A stretch of 64,000 nucleotides of DNA from Bacteroidaceae bacterium. GTDB taxonomy: Bacteria; Bacteroidota; Bacteroidia; Bacteroidales; Bacteroidaceae. The DNA lies in the NCBI GenBank assembly GCA_017534705.1, contig JAFXVU010000144.1, forward strand, positions 646 through 64,645. The letters run 5' to 3'. Under the pieces are notes generated by a model. That model searched no databases. It was not told the origin of the DNA and was given only the letters and a program-made list of their open reading frames with translations. Below are positions 30,165 through 39,676 of the stretch, in pieces; position 1 is the first letter of the stretch, and each line of letters opens with the position of its first letter. The position numbers and the translations under genes were made by a program.

Positions 30165-32366
30165 ATGAGAAAGATTATTTTTGTTTTTACAGCCCTTTTG
30201 GCTGTCGTGGCCAACGCACAGAAGATTTCACTTGACGATGTGATGTGGTATCGTTACAGCGAGAAAACCATCTATGGAATGCGTCCCTACATGGACGGGG
30301 AGAGTTTCACAAAAATCAGCGACGACCGTAGCAGGATTGAGCGTTATTCCTACGCCACTGGACAACTCGCCGAGACACTTTTCGACAGAAAAACAGCACG
30401 AGGTGAGAAAATTGCGGCATTCAGCAACTACATCATCTCACCTAACGGGAAAACCATACTCATCGAAACCAACAGAAAGGCCATCTACCGACGGTCGTAC
30501 ACCGCTGAGTACTACATCTACGACATACGAAACAACACGCTCAGCAAACTCTCAAACGGAGGTCCGCAGGAATGTCCCAAATTCTCACCCGACGGAAACG
30601 TCATCGGATTTGTCAGAGACAACAACATCTTCCTCGTCAAACTCCTCTTCAACAACGCTGAGAGCCAAGTTACCAAGGACGGGGAATACAATAAAATCAT
30701 CAATGGAAAGCCCGACTGGGTCTACGAGGAGGAATTCGAGTTCAACCAAGCCTTTGACTTCAGCGCAGACAGCGAGATGCTGGCATGGATTCGATTCGAC
30801 GAGTCAAAGGTCAACACCTTCTCCTTCCCCGTCTATGCAGGGGAAGCACCACGCAACCAGCAGTATAGCCTCTACCCTGGTGAATACACCTTCAAGTATC
30901 CCAAAGCTGGTGAGAGAAACTCCGACGTCAGCGTCCATACTTACGACATCAAGGCACGAGTGGAGCGCAAGATGGAACTGCCTATCGACAGCGACGGATA
31001 TGTGGCGAGAATACAGTTCACTGGAGACAAGGACAAGCTAGCCATTCTCACTCAAAACCGTCATCAGGACAGGCTTGATATCTACATGGCTAACCCTCGC
31101 TCTACAGTTTGCCAGCTGATTGTACGCGACACACCAAAGTATTTTGTGGAAACCAAAGTATATAATAACATCGACTTCTCACGCGATAAGTTCGTTCTGA
31201 TGAGTGAACGCGACGGATACAACCACCTCTACCTCTATACTATAAACGGAACTTTAGTCAAGCAACTCACCCACGGTGAGAAAGTCATCACCGACTACTA
31301 TGGCACCGATGAAAGTGGAACCACATTCTATTACGCCAGCACAGAGGGAAACCCACTCGAGAAATACATCTGCAAAGTGGATATGAAAGGGAAGGAAACG
31401 GTCATCACTCGCAATAAGGGCACCAACACCGCTCATTTCAGCAATGGATGCAAATTCTTCGTCAACGAATTCTCAGACATCAACACGCCAAGAATCACCG
31501 CCGTATACAACAACACAGGCAAACAACTAAGAGTGCTCGAGGACAACAAAGAACTGAAAGACGCCCTGGCAAACGCCGACTGGGCACAGCCAGAAATCTT
31601 CTCTTTCACCACTTCAGAGGGAGTGCAGCTCAACGGATGGATGCTTAAGCCAACCAATTTCAACCCGTCGAAAAAATACCCTGTGCTGATGTACCAGTAC
31701 AGCGGACCAGGAGCACAGGAAGTGAGCAACTCCTTCAACAACGGATTCTTCGGCAACCTTTCATGGGAGCAAAGACTCGTGCAGAAAGGATATATCGTAG
31801 TATGCGTAGATGGAAGAGGCACTGGAGGAAGGGGAGCTGAATTCCAAAAATGCACCTACATGACAATGGGCGACAAGGAGTCGAAGGATCAAGTGGAAGT
31901 CGCACTTTATCTGGGGCAGCAGCCTTATGTTGACAAAGAACATATTGCCATTTGGGGATGGAGTTTCGGAGGATTCAACACACTGATGTCGATGTGCGAG
32001 GGAAGAAATGTATTCTGTTGTGGCGTAGCGGTGGCACCCGTCACCGACTGGCGTTTCTATGACAGTGTCTATACCGAGCGGTATATGCGTACACCACAAG
32101 AGAACCCTACGGGATACGACATCTCCCCTCTCCACAGATACCAGAAACTACATGGCAAACTGCTCCTCTGCCACGGCATGGCCGACGACAACGTACATTT
32201 TCAGAACGCTGCCGAACTGATTGAGAAGTTTGTTCAACAGGGAACCCAGTTCGAAATGCAGTTCTACACCAACCGCAATCATGGCATCAGCGGAGGAAAC
32301 ACAAGAAAGCACCTTTTCACACGCATCGAAGAGTTCCTCGACAAGAACATGCTTAACGACAAGTAA
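30165..32366 (+). CDS. Dipeptidyl-peptidase IV (S9B serine peptidase)
   Basis: 733-aa ORF with a signal peptide and beta-propeller N-terminal half. Catalytic triad contexts GWSFGG, GMADDNVH, NRNHGI. Confidence 0.85.
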   Translation: MRKIIFVFTALLAVVANAQKISLDDVMWYRYSEKTIYGMRPYMDGESFTKISDDRSRIERYSYATGQLAETLFDRKTARGEKIAAFSNYIISPNGKTILIETNRKAIYRRSYTAEYYIYDIRNNTLSKLSNGGPQECPKFSPDGNVIGFVRDNNIFLVKLLFNNAESQVTKDGEYNKIINGKPDWVYEEEFEFNQAFDFSADSEMLAWIRFDESKVNTFSFPVYAGEAPRNQQYSLYPGEYTFKYPKAGERNSDVSVHTYDIKARVERKMELPIDSDGYVARIQFTGDKDKLAILTQNRHQDRLDIYMANPRSTVCQLIVRDTPKYFVETKVYNNIDFSRDKFVLMSERDGYNHLYLYTINGTLVKQLTHGEKVITDYYGTDESGTTFYYASTEGNPLEKYICKVDMKGKETVITRNKGTNTAHFSNGCKFFVNEFSDINTPRITAVYNNTGKQLRVLEDNKELKDALANADWAQPEIFSFTTSEGVQLNGWMLKPTNFNPSKKYPVLMYQYSGPGAQEVSNSFNNGFFGNLSWEQRLVQKGYIVVCVDGRGTGGRGAEFQKCTYMTMGDKESKDQVEVALYLGQQPYVDKEHIAIWGWSFGGFNTLMSMCEGRNVFCCGVAVAPVTDWRFYDSVYTERYMRTPQENPTGYDISPLHRYQKLHGKLLLCHGMADDNVHFQNAAELIEKFVQQGTQFEMQFYTNRNHGISGGNTRKHLFTRIEEFLDKNMLNDK

Positions 32367-32388
32367 TAGCGAAGTCTATGGTCAATGA

Positions 32389-32859
32389 TCAATGATTTTC
32401 CCATTCCCCCTCGTATGTACAATTCTGTGCGTTCGAGGGGGTAAGTATTAATGACCCTGTATGATCAGGATAGATGATAAAATGGTAGTCGTAAGTCAAG
32501 AAGCCTCTGCGGACTCTATAGTAAAGGTGCCTGCACTTTTTCTTTTCTTTCATCGCAAATCCGGCAACAGGTAACTTGAAATTCAATCCTTCATTGGTCA
32601 ATGTAGGCTGGTACACCTCGCCATAATAAGGAAGGTAACAATCAATACTGTCATTACGGACACTGACATAGAACTCTCGCATAAGTGCCTTCATTGGGAA
32701 CCTCCTGGGTATCACATAAAGCATGGTCATAGTGAAGTCCTGTGGATTAATGTCCACAGTCTTTACAGATGAACGTTTCTGGCCAAAGGCCAATACGGAG
32801 AAAGCTAAAAACAAGAAGGTGACGGTCTTTCTCATAATATCGTTATTATCATTTGACAT
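32389..32859 (-). CDS. DUF4251-like exported protein
   Basis: 156-aa ORF. The signal peptide begins at Met9 (MRKTVTFLFLAFSVLAFGQ), so the start could be 32835. Family call is from memory only. Confidence 0.45.
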   Translation of the reverse strand: MSNDNNDIMRKTVTFLFLAFSVLAFGQKRSSVKTVDINPQDFTMTMLYVIPRRFPMKALMREFYVSVRNDSIDCYLPYYGEVYQPTLTNEGLNFKLPVAGFAMKEKKKCRHLYYRVRRGFLTYDYHFIIYPDHTGSLILTPSNAQNCTYEGEWENH

Positions 32860-32871
32860 CGAAATGGAACA

Positions 32872-33327
32872 TCAGTCATCTGATGACCTTTGCTTTCCGA
32901 TAGCTTCACGTAACTCTTCATTGGTGATGACTACTTCTAAAGTATCGCCATTACCCTCTTTCACGACAATACTCTTCACACCCATGTCGCAGTCTGCCAC
33001 TTCCTCTGCCATCTGGCGAAGAATGCTGGTACGATTCATACGGCGGAAATTCTTGATCAGAGACTGCTTCATCGATTCCTTGACACGTTCTGAGCTTAAT
33101 ACCCCGCCTTGCACTGCCCCATCTTCGGCTGTGAAAGTACATACTACATACTCATCATCAATCTCGACGTCGGAAAGCTTCACACCAGGCACAAACGCCC
33201 TTGGACAAGCAGAATGTACCTTTTCCACCATGGAAATGAGGTCATCGCTCGCTTCCTGGCTATTTGCACTCAAGCTAAACCACAACATTAGGAATATCAC
33301 CCATAACAAATGAACTTGACTCTTCAT
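32872..33327 (-). CDS. Hypothetical exported protein
   Basis: 151-aa ORF with signal peptide MKSQVHLLWVIFLMLWFSLSANSQ. A -7 box lies 92 nt upstream (33419..33426). No family recognised. Confidence 0.5.
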   Translation of the reverse strand: MKSQVHLLWVIFLMLWFSLSANSQEASDDLISMVEKVHSACPRAFVPGVKLSDVEIDDEYVVCTFTAEDGAVQGGVLSSERVKESMKQSLIKNFRRMNRTSILRQMAEEVADCDMGVKSIVVKEGNGDTLEVVITNEELREAIGKQRSSDD

Positions 33328-33418
33328 AGTCTATTGTATTTTGTTTAATAATAATAGGGTATGACGGCTTCGAAAACCCACCTGCATGTCACGACACATT
33401 GTTGTCATCATCCAGGTG

Positions 33419-33426
33419 CAAAATTA
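33419..33426 (-). promoter_or_regulatory. -7 box for the exported-protein pair 33327..32389
   Basis: Reverse complement TAATTTTG, 92 nt upstream of ATG 33327. Confidence 0.45.
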
Positions 33427-33511
33427 ATACAAACGCAACAAAATGCACATAATAACAAAGATTTCTTCACAATATTATTGTTAAAAATTTTACAATAGGC
33501 AAAATGAGTGA

Positions 33512-33519
33512 TAACTTTG
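33512..33519 (+). promoter_or_regulatory. -7 box for the CaCA antiporter
   Basis: TAACTTTG, 34 nt upstream of ATG 33553. Confidence 0.5.
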
Positions 33520-33552
33520 TTGTGGAATTACTATCATTTTCTAACCATTGGT

Positions 33553-34560
33553 ATGGAACTATTTGTATTGATATTGAAGTTTGTCATCGGGTTGCTCATG
33601 GTCATCAAGGGAGCAGACTGGCTCACCGACGGAGCATCGTCAATAGCCCATAAGTTCAACATCTCCTCATTGGTCATTGGACTGACTGTCGTCGCTTTCG
33701 GCACATCCGCCCCCGAACTGGTGGTCAGCACAGTAGCAGCTTCGGGTGGCAACAGCTCTGCCATTGCAATAGGAAACGTACTGGGCAGCAACATCTTCAA
33801 CATACTCGCCATAGTGGGTATTGTGGCATTGGTTTATCCCATTCCCGTGACACGAGGCAATCTCCACCACGATGTACCTTTGTGTATATTGGCATCCATC
33901 GTCATGTTTGTCATGGCCATGGACGTTTTTGTGGATAGCAATTATATGGGCAACATCATCTCTCGGGGAGAGGGAATCACACTACTCGCTTTTTTCGGCA
34001 TTTTCCTTACCTATACTTTTTCAATGGCCAGGAAGACAGAAGAGACAAAAGGCAGCGAGTCAGAAAAAAACGTCCAAAAGGTCAAGGACTATCCAATATG
34101 GAAATCTTCACTCATCTTCCTTGTTGGACTTGCTGTACTCATCTTCGGTGGTGATTTTTTTGTGGATGGTGCTTCAGGTATCGCCACATCACTGGGCATC
34201 AAGGAGTCTGTAGTGGCAGTGACCATCGTCGCTTTGGGAACTTCCTTCCCCGAACTCTTCACTTCAGTCATGGCCGCAAGGAAAGGCAATACGGACATGG
34301 CATTAGGAAATGTGATAGGCAGCAACTTGTTCAACATTTTCTTCGTGTTAGGAGTGGCTTCTGTAGTGCATCCACTCGATGCCGGCACGATGTCGAAGTT
34401 CGACTTGTTCGCCATGATAGGCAGCGCTGTGCTCTTCTGGGTGTTCTGCTTGATTGGCAAGCAAAAACTGACCATTTCACGCGGAGAAGGACTTATTATG
34501 GTGCTCTGCATGTTGTGCTATTATGCCTATCAGGTTTTCAATGCCACTCAAGGGCAATAA
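33553..34560 (+). CDS. Ca2+/Na+ antiporter (CaCA/YrbG family)
   Basis: Two alpha-repeats, GTSAPEL and GTSFPEL. The track start (GTG 33508) overlaps the -7 box at 33512..33519, so ATG 33553 (MELFVLILKF) is preferred. Confidence 0.85.
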   Translation: MELFVLILKFVIGLLMVIKGADWLTDGASSIAHKFNISSLVIGLTVVAFGTSAPELVVSTVAASGGNSSAIAIGNVLGSNIFNILAIVGIVALVYPIPVTRGNLHHDVPLCILASIVMFVMAMDVFVDSNYMGNIISRGEGITLLAFFGIFLTYTFSMARKTEETKGSESEKNVQKVKDYPIWKSSLIFLVGLAVLIFGGDFFVDGASGIATSLGIKESVVAVTIVALGTSFPELFTSVMAARKGNTDMALGNVIGSNLFNIFFVLGVASVVHPLDAGTMSKFDLFAMIGSAVLFWVFCLIGKQKLTISRGEGLIMVLCMLCYYAYQVFNATQGQ

Positions 34561-34677
34561 CTACACAGCAATTCACATAATCCACATTACATAGTGACAA
34601 CCTTTTTCAGTTAAGGTCACTAAAAGTTGCTCTTGAACAGAGTAAAAATACACCCATAATGGTCTTTTTTGCGTTTT

Positions 34678-34716
34678 TATGAATTTTTTTGCAAGAACAT
34701 TTCATCTATATGCAGA
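34678..34716 (+). promoter_or_regulatory. Candidate ArgR operator: two 18-bp ARG-box-like sites separated by 3 bp
   Basis: TATGAATTTTTTTGCAAG (34678..34695), spacer AAC, ATTTCATCTATATGCAGA (34699..34716). Compared with the classical ARG box wnTGAATwwwwATTCAnw, the half-sites match 5/5+3/5 and 3/5+4/5. The 18+3+18 geometry sits just upstream of the argR -7 box. Confidence 0.3.
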
Positions 34717-34724
34717 AAAGTGTG

Positions 34725-34732
34725 TAATTTTG
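34725..34732 (+). promoter_or_regulatory. -7 box for argR (and probably the arg operon)
   Basis: TAATTTTG, 37 nt upstream of ATG 34769. Confidence 0.55.
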
Positions 34733-34768
34733 CAAAAAAATAAGGATAAATATTCAAACTCATTATGT

Positions 34769-35233
34769 ATGAAAGATAAGCATCTAAGACTGGAAGCAAT
34801 CAAGATTATTATCTCCAGTAGGGAAATAGGCAGCCAGGACGAAATCCTCCAAGAACTGCTTAAGGAAGGCTTCACGCTGACTCAGGCAACACTTTCTCGC
34901 GACCTCAAGCAACTGAAAGTGGCAAAGGCCGCATCCATGAATGGCAACTACGTATATGTCCTTCCCAATGACACCATGTACAAGCGCTCTACCTCTGTAA
35001 AACCCGTGAAGGAAATGATGCAAACTAACGGGCTTCTTAACATCCGCTTCTCCGGCAACATCGGAGTCATTAAAACACGACCTGGATACGCATCAAGCAT
35101 GGCTTTCGACATTGACATGGAGAACATCCCTTACATTATCGGGACTGTCGCTGGAGACGACACCATCCTCCTCGTATTGGAAGAAGGTGCGCCAAAGGAA
35201 ACAGTCAGACGACAGATACAAGCACTGATTTGA
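34769..35233 (+). CDS. argR: Arginine repressor
   Basis: ATG 34769 (MKDKHLRLEAIKIII...) lies 37 nt after the -7 box; the track start 34679 lies upstream of that promoter. Winged-helix SRDLKQLKV and C-terminal GTVAGDDTILLV motifs. Confidence 0.85.
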   Translation: MKDKHLRLEAIKIIISSREIGSQDEILQELLKEGFTLTQATLSRDLKQLKVAKAASMNGNYVYVLPNDTMYKRSTSVKPVKEMMQTNGLLNIRFSGNIGVIKTRPGYASSMAFDIDMENIPYIIGTVAGDDTILLVLEEGAPKETVRRQIQALI

Positions 35234-35421
35234 ATCCATATGCCCTAATACGCACTCCATGAAAACGTTACAAGACGAAAGCATGGAGAACTTTTCTATT
35301 TCACAAACACATAGTTAATATTGTAAATACTATAACAACTGTATAAGTTCATTCTTGCCCGACCAGTAATAGCAAAAAAGAAAAAGCGTCAGACTGGCCC
35401 GACATTACCAATTAAGGGAAA

Positions 35422-36069
35422 ATGGAAATTAAAGACGAAGACTTTAAAGTCATAGTGGCCGACTCTTCTCACGAGAAGTATGTCGACATCATCCTCGCAA
35501 CCATCACCGACTCAGCCAAGAAAAGAGGTTCGGGCATAGCGTCAAGAACGCATGAGTACCTGGCCACCAAAATGAGAGAAAGAAAGGCCATCATCGCACT
35601 CTATGGTGAAGAGGAAGAATTTGCCGGTTTCTGCTATATCGAGAGCTGGGGAAACAAGGAATACGTTGCCAACTCAGGTTTGATAGTCGTGGAGAAATTC
35701 CGCAAACACCACCTCGCGCTGAGAATCAAACAAACAGCGTTCACGTTAAGCAGACTGAGATGGCCTAACGCCAAACTTTTCGGACTTACTAGCCAAACTG
35801 CAGTGATGAGAATCAACACCAGACTGGGATATGTGCCCGTGGCTTTCTCCGAACTCACCCAAGACGACGCCTACTGGGCTGGATGTGGGACACCTGAACA
35901 CCCTTGCTGCGTGAACTGCGATGTGCTGGCAAGGTCCAACCGAAAGTACTGCGTCTGCACCGCCATGCTCTACGACCCCAAGGAACACATCGGAGAACCT
36001 CTTCCTGTCCAGCTGCCCGACGATGTGGTGAAGATGGCAAAAGAAGCAGCGGCTCACAACCTCAGATAA
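35422..36069 (+). CDS. GNAT-family acyltransferase of the arg operon (candidate glutamate N-acyl(succinyl)transferase) with a Cys-rich C-terminus
   Basis: 215-aa ORF with a GNAT core (aa ~60-145). Six Cys within aa 155-179. Sits between argR and argG. Confidence 0.7.
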   Translation: MEIKDEDFKVIVADSSHEKYVDIILATITDSAKKRGSGIASRTHEYLATKMRERKAIIALYGEEEEFAGFCYIESWGNKEYVANSGLIVVEKFRKHHLALRIKQTAFTLSRLRWPNAKLFGLTSQTAVMRINTRLGYVPVAFSELTQDDAYWAGCGTPEHPCCVNCDVLARSNRKYCVCTAMLYDPKEHIGEPLPVQLPDDVVKMAKEAAAHNLR

Positions 36070-36109
36070 TCATCAAACAACAGAATAATAACACGATAAT
36101 CATAACAAT

Positions 36110-37315
36110 ATGGAACAAAAGAAAAAAGTCGTGGTGGCATTCAGCGGCGGACTCGACACGTCCTACACCGTGATGTACCTCGCAAAAGAAAAAGGCTATG
36201 AAGTGCATGCTGCATGTGCAAACACTGGTGGATTCAGCGACGAACAGCTGAAAACAAATGAAGAAAACGCCTATAAACTCGGTGCAACTAAGTATGTGAC
36301 TCTCGATGTCACACAGGAATACTATGCCAAGAGCCTTAAATATATGGTCTTCGGGAATGTGCTACGCAACAACTGCTACCCCATTTCGGTCAGCAGCGAA
36401 CGCATTTTCCAGGCACTTGCCATCGCACGCTATGCACGCGAAATCGGCGCAGAAGCCATCGCCCATGGCTCAACAGGAGCTGGCAACGACCAAATACGCT
36501 TCGACATGACATTCCTCGTCATGGCGCCAGGAGTGGAAATCATCACACTCACACGCGACAACAACCTCAGCAGAAAAGAGGAAATCGACTACCTCAACGC
36601 TCACGGATTCAATGCCGACTTCGCCAAACTCAAGTACAGCTACAATGTCGGTATTTGGGGCACGAGCATCTGTGGAGGAGAAATTCTCGACTCAAAACAA
36701 GGATTGCCTGAGACTGCCTACCTTAAACACCCGACAAAAACAGACCCAGAGATTCTATCACTGACATTCAAGAAAGGAGAACTCACTGCAGTCAATGGCG
36801 TGGAGTATGATGATAAAATCAAAGCCATACAAAAGGTGGAGGAAATCGGTGCAGCATACGCCATCGGACGCGACTGCCACGTGGGCGACACCATCATCGG
36901 TATCAAGGGACGTGTGGGATTCGAAGCCGCCGCTCCGATGCTCATCATCGCAGCACACCGCTTCTTGGAGAAATATACGCTCAGCAAATGGCAGCAGTAC
37001 TGGAAAGACCAAGTCAGCAACTGGTACGGCATGTTCTTGCACGAGAGCCAATATCTGGAACCTGTCATGCCCGATATCGAAGCCATGCTCACCAGCAGCC
37101 AGCGCAACGTCAACGGTACTGTGACACTCGAACTCAGACCCTATAGTTTCCAGACCGTCGGCGTAGATTCACCTGACGACCTCGTGAAAAACAAGTTCGG
37201 AGAGTACGGAGAGACACAGAAGGGATGGACATCAGAAGATGCCAAGGGATTCATCAAGGTCACCTCTACCCCATTACGACTCTACTACACCTGCCATCCC
37301 GACGAGGAAAGATAA
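36110..37315 (+). CDS. argG: Argininosuccinate synthase
   Basis: 401-aa ORF with VVVAFSGGLDTS PP-loop and HGSTGAGNDQIRF. Confidence 0.95.
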   Translation: MEQKKKVVVAFSGGLDTSYTVMYLAKEKGYEVHAACANTGGFSDEQLKTNEENAYKLGATKYVTLDVTQEYYAKSLKYMVFGNVLRNNCYPISVSSERIFQALAIARYAREIGAEAIAHGSTGAGNDQIRFDMTFLVMAPGVEIITLTRDNNLSRKEEIDYLNAHGFNADFAKLKYSYNVGIWGTSICGGEILDSKQGLPETAYLKHPTKTDPEILSLTFKKGELTAVNGVEYDDKIKAIQKVEEIGAAYAIGRDCHVGDTIIGIKGRVGFEAAAPMLIIAAHRFLEKYTLSKWQQYWKDQVSNWYGMFLHESQYLEPVMPDIEAMLTSSQRNVNGTVTLELRPYSFQTVGVDSPDDLVKNKFGEYGETQKGWTSEDAKGFIKVTSTPLRLYYTCHPDEER

Positions 37316-37369
37316 AGCCGTGTGTCCTTGCCTTTACAAAGTTGGGATAATATCAGAAAAAAGAATAAT

Positions 37370-38362
37370 ATGATCAGAATAGGCATACTTGGAGGCGCAG
37401 GATACACCGCTGGCGAACTCATACGCCTCTTGCTCAACCACAAAGAAGCCAAACTGGTGTTCATCAATAGTTCATCCAACGCGGGCAACAAAATCACCGA
37501 CGTCCACGAGGGATTGATTGGAGAAACCAACCTGTATTTCACCGACCAAGCACCATTCGACGAGGTGGATGTCGCCTTCTTCTGCTTCGGACATGGCAAA
37601 AGCGAGCAGTTCATTAAGGAACACCACATACCCAGCCATGTGAGAATCATCGACTTGGCACAGGATTTCCGGATTGCCGCACCTACACATGACTATGTCT
37701 ATGGACTGCCTGAAATCCATCGGGAACAAATCAAGAATTGCAACCATCTGGCCAACCCTGGGTGTTTTGCCACCTGCATACAATTGGGTCTGTTGCCACT
37801 GGCCAAAGCGGGACTCCTCTACAACGACGTGGCTGTCAATGCCATCACCGGCTCAACAGGGGCGGGTGTAAAGCCTGGTGCCACTACCCATTTCAGTTGG
37901 AGAAACAACAACATGAGTGTATACAAGGTATTCTCTCATCAGCATATCCACGAGATACGGCAGTCGCTCAAAGAACTACAGGGGGAGTTAGATGCCAGTA
38001 TAGATTTCATTCCATACCGCGGTGACTTTGCCAGAGGCATCTTCTGCACTGAGGTGGTGAAACTGGAAGGCGAAGAAGGCACAGATACCAACCCTACAGC
38101 TGAGCAGTTGGTACAGTTATACAAAGATTTCTATGCCGATGCCGCTTTCACGCACTATGTAGACAAGGCCATCGACCTGAAGCAAGTCGTCAACACCAAC
38201 AAAGCATTGCTTCACCTCGACAAGTTCGGCAACAAGATAGTGATCACTTCCATCATTGACAACTTGCTCAAAGGTGCCGTAGGGCAAGCCGTGCAGAACA
38301 TGAACCTCATGTTCGGCATCGAAGAGAGTGAAGGACTACGCCTGAAACCCAGCGCTTTCTAA
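37370..38362 (+). CDS. argC: N-acyl-gamma-glutamyl-phosphate reductase
   Basis: ATG 37370 gives MIRIGILGGAGYTAGEL (Rossmann). Active-site ANPGCFATC. The track start 37322 adds 16 unlikely residues. Confidence 0.9.
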   Translation: MIRIGILGGAGYTAGELIRLLLNHKEAKLVFINSSSNAGNKITDVHEGLIGETNLYFTDQAPFDEVDVAFFCFGHGKSEQFIKEHHIPSHVRIIDLAQDFRIAAPTHDYVYGLPEIHREQIKNCNHLANPGCFATCIQLGLLPLAKAGLLYNDVAVNAITGSTGAGVKPGATTHFSWRNNNMSVYKVFSHQHIHEIRQSLKELQGELDASIDFIPYRGDFARGIFCTEVVKLEGEEGTDTNPTAEQLVQLYKDFYADAAFTHYVDKAIDLKQVVNTNKALLHLDKFGNKIVITSIIDNLLKGAVGQAVQNMNLMFGIEESEGLRLKPSAF

Positions 38363-38426
38363 GGTCGGTGTCACGCCGTTCCACGGCGGGGGTAATCATC
38401 ATCTAACAACAAAAACAATAACCAAC

Positions 38427-39554
38427 ATGAATTTATTCGACGTTTATCCATTATTCAACATAGCCATCCAAAAAGGAAAGGGATGTAAAGTGTGGGACAG
38501 CGAGGGACAGGAATATCTCGACCTATATGGTGGTCATGCGGTCATCAGCATCGGACACTGCCATCCACATTACATCGAGAAAATGACAGCCCAACTGAAC
38601 AACCTCGGTTTCTACAGCAACTCTGTCATCAATCCGTTGCAACAGCAACTAGCAGAAAGGCTAGGCAAAGCCTCAGGCTATGACGATTTCCAGCTCTTCC
38701 TCATCAACTCGGGAGCGGAAGCCAACGAGAACGCCCTCAAGCTGGCATCTTTTTACAATGGACGTACAAGAGTGCTTGCAGTAGAGAAGGCTTTCCACGG
38801 GCGCACATCACTGGCTGTTGAAGTGACGGCCAATCCTAAAATCATAGCACCCATCAACGCCAACAACCATACTACATTCCTGCCACTCAACGACATCAAC
38901 GCTTGGGAAAAGGAATTGGCAAAGGGTAATGTCTGCGCTTGCATTATCGAATGCATCCAAGGTGTAGGAGGTATCCGCATGGCCAGTGAAGATTTCCTTC
39001 AGCAGTTGTCTGCCCTTTGCGCTAAATACGATGCAGTACTTGTGGCAGACGAGATACAATGCGGCTACGGACGTTCGGGCAAGTTCTTCGCACATCAACA
39101 CGCAAACATTAAGCCCGACATCATCACTGTTGCCAAAGGCATAGGCAATGGCTTCCCCATGGGCGCCGTTCTCATCTCACCCAAGTTCAAACCCGTCTAT
39201 GGACAACTGGGAACTACATTCGGAGGCAACCATTTGGCGTGCACCGCAGCACTTGCCGTTCTCGATGTGATGGAAAGTGAGCGACTGGTGGAGAATGCCG
39301 CCAACGTAGGCGAATACCTGATGCAGCGACTCAAAGACGAGCGATTGCCACATGTGGTCGAAGTGCGCGGACGAGGGCTGATGATTGGTATCGAACTGGA
39401 TGTTCCTTACAAGGAGATACGCAACAAACTGGTCTATGAGCAACATTGCTTCACTGGATGCAGCGGAACTAACGTGTTGCGCCTCTTGCCACCCCTTTGC
39501 ATCACCAAAGACGATGCCGACGACTTCATCACCCGACTCAAAGCAGTCCTTTAA
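38427..39554 (+). CDS. argD: Acetyl/succinyl-ornithine aminotransferase (class-III PLP)
   Basis: 375-aa ORF with SGAEANENALKLA, ADEIQCGYGRSGKFFA, and the TVAKGIGNGFP Lys site. Confidence 0.85.
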   Translation: MNLFDVYPLFNIAIQKGKGCKVWDSEGQEYLDLYGGHAVISIGHCHPHYIEKMTAQLNNLGFYSNSVINPLQQQLAERLGKASGYDDFQLFLINSGAEANENALKLASFYNGRTRVLAVEKAFHGRTSLAVEVTANPKIIAPINANNHTTFLPLNDINAWEKELAKGNVCACIIECIQGVGGIRMASEDFLQQLSALCAKYDAVLVADEIQCGYGRSGKFFAHQHANIKPDIITVAKGIGNGFPMGAVLISPKFKPVYGQLGTTFGGNHLACTAALAVLDVMESERLVENAANVGEYLMQRLKDERLPHVVEVRGRGLMIGIELDVPYKEIRNKLVYEQHCFTGCSGTNVLRLLPPLCITKDDADDFITRLKAVL

Positions 39555-39597
39555 GCCGTTGAAAAATGTTTTGTCACAGATTTCAATGACAATTCTT

Positions 39598-39634
39598 ACG
39601 AAAACAGGTGGTCAAAAAGACCACCTGTTTTCGT
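39598..39634. terminator. Bidirectional terminator between argD and murF (convergent)
   Basis: Perfect 16-bp stem ACGAAAACAGGTGGTC/GACCACCTGTTTTCGT with a 5-nt loop AAAAA. The A- and T-tracts are built into the stem. Confidence 0.8.
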
Positions 39635-39676
39635 CACAATGCCCAACTTGCTTGTGAAACGTAATGGTAATATCTT

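Noticed and set aside
30274-31041. 255-aa alternative-frame ORF inside the DPP-IV gene.
   Set aside because: It is a Ser/Thr/Pro/Arg-rich off-frame product, while DPP-IV motifs occupy the main frame.
35259-35318. 19-codon ORF (MKTLQDESMENFSISQTHS) in the argR-GNAT spacer, considered as an arginine attenuation leader peptide. A nearby 7-bp inverted repeat CTCCATG...CATGGAG was considered with it.
   Set aside because: It contains no Arg codons, so it cannot sense Arg-tRNA charging. The hairpin is weak (7 bp with a 20-nt loop).
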